A stretch of DNA of 64,000 nucleotides from an uncultured delta proteobacterium (GTDB lineage Bacteria > Desulfobacterota > Binatia > UBA9968), in the NCBI GenBank assembly GCA_963771465.1, contig CAVYTU010000018.1:96001-160000 (forward strand), written 5' to 3'. A model generated the notes under the pieces. The model ran no database searches, was not told where the DNA came from, and saw nothing but the letters and a program-made list of their open reading frames with translations. This document shows positions 27,907-37,319 of this stretch, piece by piece (the stretch's first letter is position 1; every line of letters starts with the position of its first letter). The position numbers and the translations under genes were made by a program.

Positions 27907-28875
27907 CTATCGTTTCATCTCGGCCAAGACTTCTTTCAACAAGCTGTAGTCCACCACTTGGGCCAGCGGAACGGCTGTCTTGAGCTTTGCTTGCTCGCGC
28001 ATGAGCTCGATGTCCGTGCGCACGGCGTCGTCGGTGGTCGTGCCGTCTTTGGAATAATTCTTGACGATCTCGCGAAGCGACGCCTCTGCGGTTTTGCGGT
28101 CGAGTTGGAAGTCTTCCATGATGAACGGAATGACCTTTTCGTGATTCGCCGGGTCGCGGGAAAAGTCCATGCCGCGTAGAGATGCGCGGATCGTCCGTTT
28201 CACCTGGGCGGCATTGGATTTAATGCGCGCGTCGGACGTGCCCAATCCGGCCAACACCGTGCGTAGATAGTCGGCCACGTTGCCAAGACTGCGGTAGCCC
28301 AACTCCTCGGCTTTGAAGTTGAACGGAATCGATAGCATCGCCGCGGCGGCGGCACCGCCGTGCAGCGACGCGAACGCATTGGCGGTATTACCCGCGGCGA
28401 TCAAAACAATGTCCTGGTCGGGAGTCATGCCCGCCGCTTTCGCCATGACGCGCGCGCCAACGGCATCGGTGGCGGCGATAGCGGTCACGGCGATCGCTTT
28501 ACCTTTGAGATCCTGAATACGCTTGGTCTCAGGCCGCGCCATCAGGTGAAAGATCGGTTTGTCGAGGGTGAACATCAGCGCTTTTACCGGCACACCAGTG
28601 GCCGCGCCGCGCAGCACAGTACCGCCGGCTGCGATATATTCCATTTCACCGGTCACCACGGCAGTCAGTTGCACGTCCGCTTTGCCCACCGGAAAGCTCG
28701 CTTCCAGTCCTTCGTTTTTAAACAGGCCGAACTTGTCGGCCAAATAGTAATTCAAAAACGTCATGCTCTTGGACGGCATGGCGATGCGGATCGGTTCGGC
28801 CAGCGCGATGCTCGCGCCGAGAAACTGGATGAGACAATGCGCGATCGCTAATCGAAAGCAACGGCCGTATCGCAT
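27907..28875 (-). CDS. ABC transporter substrate-binding protein, NMT1/SsuA type
   Basis: Signal peptide; IRIAMPS...GLFKNEGLE...DLKGKAIAV...VVDYSLL. Confidence 0.87.
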   Translation of the reverse strand: MRYGRCFRLAIAHCLIQFLGASIALAEPIRIAMPSKSMTFLNYYLADKFGLFKNEGLEASFPVGKADVQLTAVVTGEMEYIAAGGTVLRGAATGVPVKALMFTLDKPIFHLMARPETKRIQDLKGKAIAVTAIAATDAVGARVMAKAAGMTPDQDIVLIAAGNTANAFASLHGGAAAAAMLSIPFNFKAEELGYRSLGNVADYLRTVLAGLGTSDARIKSNAAQVKRTIRASLRGMDFSRDPANHEKVIPFIMEDFQLDRKTAEASLREIVKNYSKDGTTTDDAVRTDIELMREQAKLKTAVPLAQVVDYSLLKEVLAEMKR

Positions 28876-28885
28876 GATGCTCGCT

Positions 28886-30016
28886 TCAGACCTGGCTCTC
28901 GAGTATTTCCAAGCCATCGAGACGATCGATCAAATAGAGCAAGCCGTTGTCAGCGCGATAAATATCGTTGCTCTTGACGGTTTTCTGCCCGCGTCCCGGA
29001 TTGGGCACGTAGTAACCGACTTCCGCCAAACTGTAGGGATTGCTGATATCGACGACTCGCAATCCGCCGCTAAACCAGGTGACGAACATTTTGTTGTCGT
29101 AGACTTGCTCGGCGGGTTGGTGCGCGCCGTATTGGTGTCCCTGAGCGATGGTGAAAGCTGCCTCGGGATTATACGTCGCCACCGATACCGGCCGCTTTTC
29201 GTCCGTGATGTCGACCATCCACATGAACGCCGGCGGCGTCGGCGCGAGCTTGCCGGCTTCTTCGTCGACCACCACCATCATGTCGCGGCCCATGAGTTTC
29301 CATGGTATCGGCAGCGTCGTGTGGATCGGCGAAGGGTAGGACGGGGACCAGTTGAGGCCGCTGATAAATTTCGGTTTGCTCATGTCGGTGATATCGAGAA
29401 TCACGAAGCCGCCGTGCCAGTAACTGACGTAGAGCCGATCGCCGTAGCGAATCGGATGGTGGCACTGGTGCGCCGTGCCTTCCCACCCCGGTGTCTCTCC
29501 GCCGCCAGTCCACTGGCCGGGCATCCACCAGCGGCCGACTTCGGTCGGGCGCGTCGGGTCTTTCAAATCCAAGATCATCGGAATGCGTCCAATGTATCCT
29601 TCAAGGTGAACCGAAATATAAGCGTAGCGTCCATCGAAGGTGAAACGATGTACGCCGCCGTGGGTTTCAAAAAACGCGATCTCTTTGGGCTTCTCGCGGT
29701 TGGCGATGTCGTAAATTTTCAGCCCCGTCGGCAGTTTTTCTTTGCCGCGGTATCTTTCCAAATTCACCAGCATGACATCGCCGCTCACCCGCACCTTGTG
29801 CGAGTGCACACCCTGCGGGATTTCGATCTCTGCGATGATCTTCGGATGCTTGGGATCTTTGACGTTAAGAATCGTCGTGCCATGCGGCGGGTCCATGTGG
29901 CCGACGTAGGCGTAGCCGTTCTCGACGACGACTTGCCCGCCACCTGCTATGTCAGTGCGGCCGACGAGTTTTACGTTCTTGCTGATGCCAAACACTGGCG
30001 CGCTTCCTTCGCTCAT
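28886..30016 (-). CDS. LVIVD-repeat beta-propeller protein
   Basis: Repeated YAYV/LYVS...G..ILD[VI].[DN]P..P units; no signal peptide. Confidence 0.87.
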   Translation of the reverse strand: MSEGSAPVFGISKNVKLVGRTDIAGGGQVVVENGYAYVGHMDPPHGTTILNVKDPKHPKIIAEIEIPQGVHSHKVRVSGDVMLVNLERYRGKEKLPTGLKIYDIANREKPKEIAFFETHGGVHRFTFDGRYAYISVHLEGYIGRIPMILDLKDPTRPTEVGRWWMPGQWTGGGETPGWEGTAHQCHHPIRYGDRLYVSYWHGGFVILDITDMSKPKFISGLNWSPSYPSPIHTTLPIPWKLMGRDMMVVVDEEAGKLAPTPPAFMWMVDITDEKRPVSVATYNPEAAFTIAQGHQYGAHQPAEQVYDNKMFVTWFSGGLRVVDISNPYSLAEVGYYVPNPGRGQKTVKSNDIYRADNGLLYLIDRLDGLEILESQV

Positions 30017-30159
30017 GACTGTTTCTCCCGTTCTGATTGAATGTGTCCTTGTACCAATACCGAGGCGACGCGGTCAAATTGAACCATCACTGATTGACGA
30101 CCGGGCGAGAGTTTTGCGCAAACTTGCCAACTTCGAATAGGCGGGAGATGACCGTCTCG

Positions 30160-30633
30160 TTAGCTGTTGCCCTCGCTTTTGGTGGCATCCTCAAATTTGA
30201 TCAACGTCGCGCCGGTGGCGTCGGAGAGACTGGCGATTATTTCCGCGGGGATGGCTTGAGCTTTGATCGCGTCTGGCCGCTCCGGATGGGGCGCTGCCCA
30301 GACACGCTTTTCGAAACCATCGAGGGCAAGCTCGCCGGCCTTGAGTATTCTGTGCCGCACGGTGAAGCTGCTGCGTCCCCATGCGCCGACTTCGCTTTCG
30401 ACCACGACTTCATCGTCAAAGCGGCAAGGCATGACGAAGCGCGCGCCTACGTCGACGACGGGCAGACCGACGATGCCGTATTTTTGCCGCATCGCTAACG
30501 GTTTCAAGCCGGTGCGCTCGAAGAGGCAGCCGGTGCTGGTGTCAAAGATGATGAAATATTGCGGGTAGAACACGATCCCAGCGGGATCGCACTGTCCCCA
30601 TTCGATGCGTAGCGTGCGTCGGTTGACTAACAA
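30160..30633 (-). CDS. Acyl-CoA thioesterase (4-HBT/YbgC family)
   Basis: IEWGQCDPAGIVFYPQYF hot-dog motif. Confidence 0.9.
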   Translation of the reverse strand: MLVNRRTLRIEWGQCDPAGIVFYPQYFIIFDTSTGCLFERTGLKPLAMRQKYGIVGLPVVDVGARFVMPCRFDDEVVVESEVGAWGRSSFTVRHRILKAGELALDGFEKRVWAAPHPERPDAIKAQAIPAEIIASLSDATGATLIKFEDATKSEGNS

Positions 30634-30839
30634 GGCGTGCTCCGTTTCCTTTTGTCGAATCCGTCTCTCAATGGCGAAAGATTTTATCGACTAATTTACA
30701 ATATCTCACTTTCGATAATTTCGCAGTCAATATATTCGCATTTCGCGTGAGCCATTCGACGAAGCAAATTGTTCCCGGGTCGCCTGGCGCATTTGAAACA
30801 ATTGACAGGTCTTGCGACTGGTGTTAGCAAGAGCCATCG

Positions 30840-31823
30840 ATGCAGCGCCAGCCGATATCATTTCTCCTCGGTATTCTTCTGCTGTTCAGCTTGCCATCGG
30901 GGATCGCGGCACAAGTCGTACGCATCGGTTATCCATCCCTCGCCACCGGCTTCGCTGCTTCCTGGGTGACGGCTGACAAAGGCATTTGGAAAAAGCATGG
31001 GCTGGAAGTCGAGTTGATTTATCTTCGCGGTGGAGCGCGGACGGTTGCCGCGCTGATCGGTGGCAGCGTCGACTTTATTCTCGGCTCGGACCTGGGCGTG
31101 GTGACCGCGATTCTTCAGGGCGCGAGTCTTACGCGCGTCGGCGTGACCACCAACACGTTGGGCTATTCCATCGTCGTACAGCCGAGTATCAAATCCGTGC
31201 GCGATCTCAAAGGAAAAATCATCGGCATCACGCCAGGGCGGGACGCCGCCTATGCACGGGTGGTTAAGCTCTTACGCGACAACGGTATGGACCCGGCCAA
31301 AGACGTCACTTTTCTGTCCGTCGGCGACGGCGGCCCAGCGGCGCGAGTCGTGGCAATGTCGACGGGGGTAATCCACGCATCGATGTTCACGCCACCGTCG
31401 GACATGATTTCCGAAAAGGCCGGCATGCGAATTCTAGCAAAATTAGACGTTGCCAATGTCGGCGGCGGCATCAACACAACGCCGGCGTTTGTGCAGAAGA
31501 ACCGGCCGCACGCGTTGCGCTTTTTGCGCGGTTATATGGAAGGCATTCAATATTTGAAATCGCACAAGGACGAGAGTTTGAAGATATTCTCCAAGTACGT
31601 GCGCAATCCCGATCTCGCCATCATGGCTTATCTCTACGAAGAAATTTCCACCCGAGCGGAAAAAGAGCTGCGGCCGCAGGCCGAAGCCGTGCGTGCAATG
31701 ATTGATTTGGCCGCTCTCGACTTCCCGCAAGCAAAGAAGTTGACGGAGAAAGATAACACGGACTTGAGCTTGATCGACGAGATTCAGCGCTCCGGGTTCA
31801 TCGATCAGCTTTACAAAAAATGA
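30840..31823 (+). CDS. ABC transporter substrate-binding protein, NMT1/SsuA type
   Basis: Signal peptide; VRIGYPS...GIWKKHGLEVEL...DLKGKIIGIT...SGFIDQLY. Confidence 0.9.
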   Translation: MQRQPISFLLGILLLFSLPSGIAAQVVRIGYPSLATGFAASWVTADKGIWKKHGLEVELIYLRGGARTVAALIGGSVDFILGSDLGVVTAILQGASLTRVGVTTNTLGYSIVVQPSIKSVRDLKGKIIGITPGRDAAYARVVKLLRDNGMDPAKDVTFLSVGDGGPAARVVAMSTGVIHASMFTPPSDMISEKAGMRILAKLDVANVGGGINTTPAFVQKNRPHALRFLRGYMEGIQYLKSHKDESLKIFSKYVRNPDLAIMAYLYEEISTRAEKELRPQAEAVRAMIDLAALDFPQAKKLTEKDNTDLSLIDEIQRSGFIDQLYKK

Positions 31824-31889
31824 AAAGGTCAGGGGTAAACGGTGAGGAGCCGAACCTGCGCGATCTTCTATGATACGCTTTTCTGAGAA

Positions 31890-33710
31890 ATGACTCCCTG
31901 GTTTCAAAAGTGGCGCGAACTGCGCCACACGTTTACCCACACACCGCAAGCGCTTCAGTTGGTTTGGCAGACTAACCGTTGGGCCACCGGTGGATTGGGC
32001 CTGCTCACCGTCGGCGGCGCGCTGCTGCCGGCGACGCAGGCATGGGTCGGAAAGCTGATCGTCGATGGCGTCGTCGCGTCGATCCAGAACGGCTCTGATC
32101 CGGCGCGCACCCAGAAGGTGTTTCTCTACCTGATTTTCGAACTGATTCTTTTCCTGCTCAGCGCCGGGATCAATCAGGGCCGCCGGCTGATTCAGCAATT
32201 GATCCAGCTTCAGTTGGCCAACCGCATTCGCGGCGAGATTATCCGCAAGGCGTTGACCATGGATCTATCTTTCTTCGAGCACCCGGAGTTCTATGACCGC
32301 CTGCAGAACGCGCGCCGCGAGGGCGGCTACAAACCGACGGAGCTGATTAACGATACTTTCCAAATCGTGCAGAACAGCATCACGATGATTTCCTTCGCGG
32401 TATTGCTGCTGCGCTTCAGTCCCTGGCTCGTGGTGATTTTATTGGCGACCAGTATTCCGGCGTTCATCGCGGAAACGCGCTTCTCCGAACAGGGATTTCG
32501 CTTGCTCACCCGGCGCGCGCCGGAATCGCGGCAGATCAATTATCTCTCGCGCTTGTTAACCGAAGATAGCGCGGTTAAGGAGATCAAGCTTTTCAATCTC
32601 GGCGACACCTTGCTCAAGCGCTACATGACGCTATTCGAAAAGTTTTTTCAGGAAGATAAAGCGCTGGCGCGGCGGCGCGCTCTGGCGGGCTTTGGTTTGG
32701 GCTTGATCACCACGGCGGGCTTTTACGGCTCCTACGCTTGGATCGTACTGCACACCGTGCACGGAAAAATCTCGCTCGGCGACATGACGCTCTACTTGGC
32801 GATCTTCCGCCAAGGGCAAGCGACGTTTCAGTCTATTCTTGCCGCCATCGGCAACATCTATGAGAACAATCTGTTCATGGCCAACTTTTTCGAGTTTCTC
32901 GGCTTGCAGCCGCAGATCGGTTTAACCGCCGGCGATCAAAAGCTGCCAACGCCGCTCGTTGGCGGCATCGAATTTCGCGGCGTCGGTTTTCGCTATCCGG
33001 ACAACGGCCAATGGGCGCTGCGCGATATTAACCTCATCATTCGCCCCGGCGAAAAGATCGCGTTGGTGGGCCATAACGGCGCCGGCAAGACGACGCTGAT
33101 CAAACTTTTGAGCCGCCTCTATGATCCGACCGAAGGCACGATCTTGATCGACGGCATCGACATTCGCACCCTCGATGCGCTCGAGTTACACAAGCGAATC
33201 GGTGTTATCTTCCAAGATTTCGTGCGCTATCACTTGCCGGCACGGGAGAACATCGGCTTCGGCCAGATCGATGCGCTGAACGATATGGATCGCATTACCG
33301 AGTCGGCGCGGAAAAGCGGCGCCGATGCGGTGATCGAAAATTTACCGGAAGGTTATGAGACCATGCTCGGCCGCTGGTTTCATGGGGGGCAAGAATTGTC
33401 ACTCGGTCAATGGCAGAAGATCGCGCTGGCGCGCGCTTTTATGCGCGATGCGGAAATTCTAGTTTTGGACGAACCTACCGCGTCCCTCGACGCCGCGACC
33501 GAATATGAAATCTTCCGCCACTTCCAAGAACTCACCGAAGGCAAGATGGCGATTCTCATCTCGCACCGCTTTTCCACCGTGCGCATGGCCGACCGTATCG
33601 TCGTCATTCAGGACGGCCAAATCGCCGAGTTCGGCACGCATGAGGAACTCATGCGCCAAGAAGGCACCTACGCGCGGCTGTTCAGCATGCAGGCGGAAGG
33701 CTATCGATGA
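31890..33710 (+). CDS. ABC exporter, fused permease/ATP-binding protein
   Basis: N-terminal TM domain; GHNGAGKTT, LSLGQWQK, LDEPT, ISHRFSTV. Confidence 0.92.
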   Translation: MTPWFQKWRELRHTFTHTPQALQLVWQTNRWATGGLGLLTVGGALLPATQAWVGKLIVDGVVASIQNGSDPARTQKVFLYLIFELILFLLSAGINQGRRLIQQLIQLQLANRIRGEIIRKALTMDLSFFEHPEFYDRLQNARREGGYKPTELINDTFQIVQNSITMISFAVLLLRFSPWLVVILLATSIPAFIAETRFSEQGFRLLTRRAPESRQINYLSRLLTEDSAVKEIKLFNLGDTLLKRYMTLFEKFFQEDKALARRRALAGFGLGLITTAGFYGSYAWIVLHTVHGKISLGDMTLYLAIFRQGQATFQSILAAIGNIYENNLFMANFFEFLGLQPQIGLTAGDQKLPTPLVGGIEFRGVGFRYPDNGQWALRDINLIIRPGEKIALVGHNGAGKTTLIKLLSRLYDPTEGTILIDGIDIRTLDALELHKRIGVIFQDFVRYHLPARENIGFGQIDALNDMDRITESARKSGADAVIENLPEGYETMLGRWFHGGQELSLGQWQKIALARAFMRDAEILVLDEPTASLDAATEYEIFRHFQELTEGKMAILISHRFSTVRMADRIVVIQDGQIAEFGTHEELMRQEGTYARLFSMQAEGYR

Positions 33711-33748
33711 GCGGTTGCCGGGGGGAATCTTTGCACGGGTATTTCGGC

Positions 33749-34002
33749 TTAACATCGATATCCATACTTGGAACAACAAATCTTCCTTAAAGTGTTGACG
33801 AGAGATTTATAGTAGCCACCGAGATGCTTGCTGTAAGATTGATAATTCTCTTGAACCTGGTTGCCGCGCTGAAGATATGCAGGAAACGAGAGTGCGGATT
33901 GTGGCGTGCTGATTGATTGGTGACCTATCCCGAATACTAGAAAGCAGAAAACTCCGATGGCAGTGAATCGGCTCGACGGTGGCAGAAAACTCTGTGTATG
34001 CA
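33749..34002 (-). pseudogene. Possible N-terminal remnant of a secreted protein
   Basis: MHTQSF...AIGVFCFLVFGIG hydrophobic leader then a short helical stretch; lower GC; ends abruptly. Confidence 0.25.
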
Positions 34003-34097
34003 TCGGAAAATTTCCATGAGAATACTTCGGAATTGCGCTTGGAGCAAGGACGCCATGCGATAATTCACTCAACGGTGCGGGACTTCAGAGGTAGTCG

Positions 34098-34931
34098 TTA
34101 ATGGTTCCAGTTGACTTCGTAGATGCGGATGGCGTGATCGAAACCTTTGGGGGTTACTTCACCCAAATCCGTGAACGGCAACTCTTTGCCTTGCCATTGG
34201 TCCAGCACCACCTGATCAACTAGAATCCGGCCCGGTTCAGCCTGCGCACAAAGGCGCGCCGCCAACTGAACCGCCTTGCCAAAAAGGTCGCCATGTTCCT
34301 CGATGGGTTCGCCGGCACTCAGCCCAATACGTAAATACAGCGGCGTCTCCGGGTGTTGCTGATTATACGCGGTAAACGCCTTCTGGATGGCAATCCCACA
34401 CTTCACCGCATCCGGTACCGAGGCAAAGGAGGCCATGATTCCGTCGCCTGTGTGCTTGATCTCACGTCCTCGGAGCGCGTTAAGCGAGTTGCGGGTCAGC
34501 GCATTGTGGACATGAAGCAGATGTAGCGCCTTGGCGTCTCCATAAAGTGTCGTCATCAGCGTCGAATCTTTCAAATCCGTGAACATGATGGCGCGAAAAC
34601 CGGAATCAATGGCAATCTCCCCTGTCTTTCCCGGTGACCCATCCATAGGCGGAGGATCTTTGATCCGCCCCAAAAACGCGTCCACCACCGTGGGATCGAC
34701 CTCAAGGACTTCATTGGGGACAGAGCCGTGAGCGTCGTTATGGGCTCGTTCAATAGTTTCTCGATTGGCCGCCTCGATGAGACAAAACGCGGTAGAGCGC
34801 GTCTCATCAAACCAGTAGGTCAAAAACTTGACTTGATATTTATCCTGAAGCGCCAGATCCTTCTGGTGCGCATCTGCAATGGCATGTCGAGTCGCACCTT
34901 CGATGTAATGGCGATCCATATAAACAGGCAT
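34098..34931 (-). CDS. DUF4242 (SCO4226-like nickel-binding) domain fused to a class III adenylate/guanylate cyclase
   Basis: YMDRH...AHQKDL...YWFDE....FCL..A...H..AHG; then IMFTDLKDST, IKHTGDG, RIGLSAGE, DLFGKAVQLAARL. Confidence 0.9.
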   Translation of the reverse strand: MPVYMDRHYIEGATRHAIADAHQKDLALQDKYQVKFLTYWFDETRSTAFCLIEAANRETIERAHNDAHGSVPNEVLEVDPTVVDAFLGRIKDPPPMDGSPGKTGEIAIDSGFRAIMFTDLKDSTLMTTLYGDAKALHLLHVHNALTRNSLNALRGREIKHTGDGIMASFASVPDAVKCGIAIQKAFTAYNQQHPETPLYLRIGLSAGEPIEEHGDLFGKAVQLAARLCAQAEPGRILVDQVVLDQWQGKELPFTDLGEVTPKGFDHAIRIYEVNWNH

Positions 34932-34944
34932 GTTTCATCTCCAT

Positions 34945-35254
34945 TCGCTCAAGGTCACGCCGCTATTCGAGCTGGCAACTGTTGAGCCAGTTGGTCAATC
35001 ATCGCCGTGTCCGAGCCGACTAGAAACTGCAAGCTGTTGCCGATCAACGCCGGCACTGCACGGGCTCCGCCGCTCACGAGTATGGGTTCGACATCGAAGC
35101 CGTACTTGCGCCACAGACCTTTATCAGCTGTGACCCAGGCCGGCGTCGAGCCAGGGGCGATGGCAGGGTAGGCGACGCGCAGTTTCTCGGCAGCCTGTGC
35201 CGAACTGACGACGATAGCACAGGCGACAACGGCGATGAATGTGAGGATGCTCAT
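34945..35254 (-). pseudogene. Truncated NMT1/SsuA-type substrate-binding protein (N-terminal about 100 aa only)
   Basis: Signal peptide plus LRVAYPAIAPGSTPAWVTADKGLWRKYGFDVE...GSD, close to 30840..31823; stops just before the cyclase gene. Confidence 0.8.
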
Positions 35255-35270
35255 AAAGGAAAGATGTTAC

Positions 35271-35353
35271 TCACCACGAAGGTCACAAAGGACACGAAGG
35301 GGTTCGGACGTAATATCTCTTAACCTTCGTGCTCTTTGTGACCTTCGTCGTGA
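35271..35353. repeat. Palindromic element with CACGAAG arms, copy 3
   Basis: tcaccacgaaggtcacaaaggacacgaagg...ccttcgtgctctttgtgaccttcgtcgtga. Confidence 0.85.
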
Positions 35354-35395
35354 AATGTATTTCTCCAGTATGGTTACCAATTCACAACATGAACT

Positions 35396-36397
35396 TTACT
35401 GGCGAAAGATTTCGCGGAACTCTTTTTGATATTTGTTGTATTGCTCGCCGAGCTCGGGCGCGATCGGGAAGAGTTTCAAATTTTTCGCCTGCATCTTGGT
35501 ATCGATGCCGGGACGAGACGGCGTGCGGCCGATCGCCAACACGAGCTGTTGCCCTTCTTTGGACAGGACGAAATCGATGAACAGTTTTGCCGCATTGGGA
35601 TGTTGAGCTTTCGCGCCAACCGCGATGGGATGCAACGACGCCGTGATCGGGTCGAGGGTGGTGACCCATTCCACCGGCGCGCCTTGTTCTTTCATTTTTT
35701 CGATGCGATGGGCCAATGCCACGCCCAGATGAAATTCACCGGCCGCCAGCAGCTGCGCGATCAGAGACTGGCCATTGCGAAATTGGATATCCTGTTTAGC
35801 CAGCGCTCTCATGTAACGTTGCGCTCGTTCCCGGCCCCAAGCGACGGATATGGCGGCGTACCACGAGTACATCTCGTCATCCATGGAAATCTTGCTCTTC
35901 CAGCGCGGATCGAGCAGGTCCTCCCAGCTCTTCGGCGCCTGCTCCTTGGATACCAGCTTGGTGTTGTAAGCGAGGATGTTGTAGGCGTCGAAGTAGTCGA
36001 CCCAATATCCCTTGGTATCTTTGAAGCCGGCCGGGTAGGCGGCGGCTTCGGGAGACACGTAGGGCTGGAGAAAACCACCGCTGATCAACTGCTGCGTTTC
36101 CACCCCTCGCACCGCCACTAGATCGAAGAAAATCTTGCCGACACGGCTTTCATTGAGAATACGGTTGTAAAGCCGGGCCGAGCCGGCGTTGAAATATTCG
36201 GTCTTGATAAATGGATAGCGCTTGTTGAAAGCGGCGAAGAGACGGGTGATGTCCTCCACGCTAGTCGAGGTGTACCAAACCAGCGCGCCTTCCTTTTTCG
36301 CGCCCTCGATGAGTTTGGCAGTGTGGCCGTCCTGGCCGCGAACGAGCGCCGGTAAGCCAATCTGAACGATCAGAATCAAAATCAAAATGAAATGCAT
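35396..36397 (-). CDS. Extracellular solute-binding protein, Fe3+/thiamine ABC type
   Basis: GAKKEGALVWYTS, LAYNTK, PKSWEDLLDPRWK, HPNAAKLFIDF. Confidence 0.9.
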   Translation of the reverse strand: MHFILILILIVQIGLPALVRGQDGHTAKLIEGAKKEGALVWYTSTSVEDITRLFAAFNKRYPFIKTEYFNAGSARLYNRILNESRVGKIFFDLVAVRGVETQQLISGGFLQPYVSPEAAAYPAGFKDTKGYWVDYFDAYNILAYNTKLVSKEQAPKSWEDLLDPRWKSKISMDDEMYSWYAAISVAWGRERAQRYMRALAKQDIQFRNGQSLIAQLLAAGEFHLGVALAHRIEKMKEQGAPVEWVTTLDPITASLHPIAVGAKAQHPNAAKLFIDFVLSKEGQQLVLAIGRTPSRPGIDTKMQAKNLKLFPIAPELGEQYNKYQKEFREIFRQ

Positions 36398-37189
36398 CTA
36401 GAACCACCTTTCTGTTAAAAAATGATTGATGTTTCTCTCTACCATGCGGCTCTTGCCGAGAGCGGCGTAGGCGCCGCTCTGCATATGTTGTGCGACTTCA
36501 GACTCACTCTTGCGGTCGAATTTGAGCTCTTCAAGATGACCGTGAAAATCTTCGAGATAGTCGTGCGTCCTTTTAAAGTATGCCATGCCGCTTTGCTCGC
36601 CCTCGACAGTCGGTCCATGGCCCGGCACCAGATGTTTGTAATGGGTTTCGAACAGTGCGGTGTAGAGTAAATCCCCGGCGATGAAAACTTCTTCTTCTTC
36701 GAAGTAAATCGTGGTGTCGCCCTTGCTGTGGCTGTGGCCGTTCTCAGCGCGGTATTGCAAATGCAGCGTCACCCTCGGCAGTTTGACTTGGGTCGTTTCA
36801 TTGAACACGACGTCGGGCAGGGTTAGACGAAGACCGGGAAAGCGCTCATACAGCTCCGGCACCGGCTTAAGCATACGCGTGAAATCCGCCGCGCCGTCAT
36901 CCTTCATCGCTTGAACGCAGCCGGCGCTGGCGACAATCGGCACTCCGCGTTGCGCGAAGTAAAAGTTCGCCGAAGTGTGGTCGAAGTGTTCGTGGGTGTC
37001 GATCAAATAACTGACTTTGGCACAGCCGGTCAGGCGCAGCGCTGCTTCGACTTCGTCGATACGGCGGATGTCGGCGTCGATGAGCGCAGCGCTACTGTCG
37101 CGCGCCTTGATAATGGCGAAGTGGGTCGCGCCTTCCGGCCCGATAACGACGTAGGCCGAACCGCTAAGCTGGCGAATCGTCGAGTCCAT
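36398..37189 (-). CDS. MBL-fold metallo-hydrolase (possible internal in-frame deletion)
   Basis: THEHFDH, HSKGD, IAGDL, VPGHG. Confidence 0.85.
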   Translation of the reverse strand: MDSTIRQLSGSAYVVIGPEGATHFAIIKARDSSAALIDADIRRIDEVEAALRLTGCAKVSYLIDTHEHFDHTSANFYFAQRGVPIVASAGCVQAMKDDGAADFTRMLKPVPELYERFPGLRLTLPDVVFNETTQVKLPRVTLHLQYRAENGHSHSKGDTTIYFEEEEVFIAGDLLYTALFETHYKHLVPGHGPTVEGEQSGMAYFKRTHDYLEDFHGHLEELKFDRKSESEVAQHMQSGAYAALGKSRMVERNINHFLTERWF

Positions 37190-37319
37190 TGGCCATTGGG
37201 ATAACCGATCGCGGCTGTTGTTGCAAGATAGTTTGAATACGACAATCGATGCGGTTGACCGGTCTCGGCAGCGGTGTTATTCGCCTAGAAAATAACGAAG
37301 CCGCTGAAAGGATTCCAAC

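Noticed and set aside
28763-30040. Long antisense ORFs (425 aa here; also 46879..48264, 20148..21233, 16100..17161, 23150..24010, 37347..38186)
   Set aside because: They lie opposite well-supported genes and have no motifs, as expected for shadow ORFs in GC-rich coding DNA.
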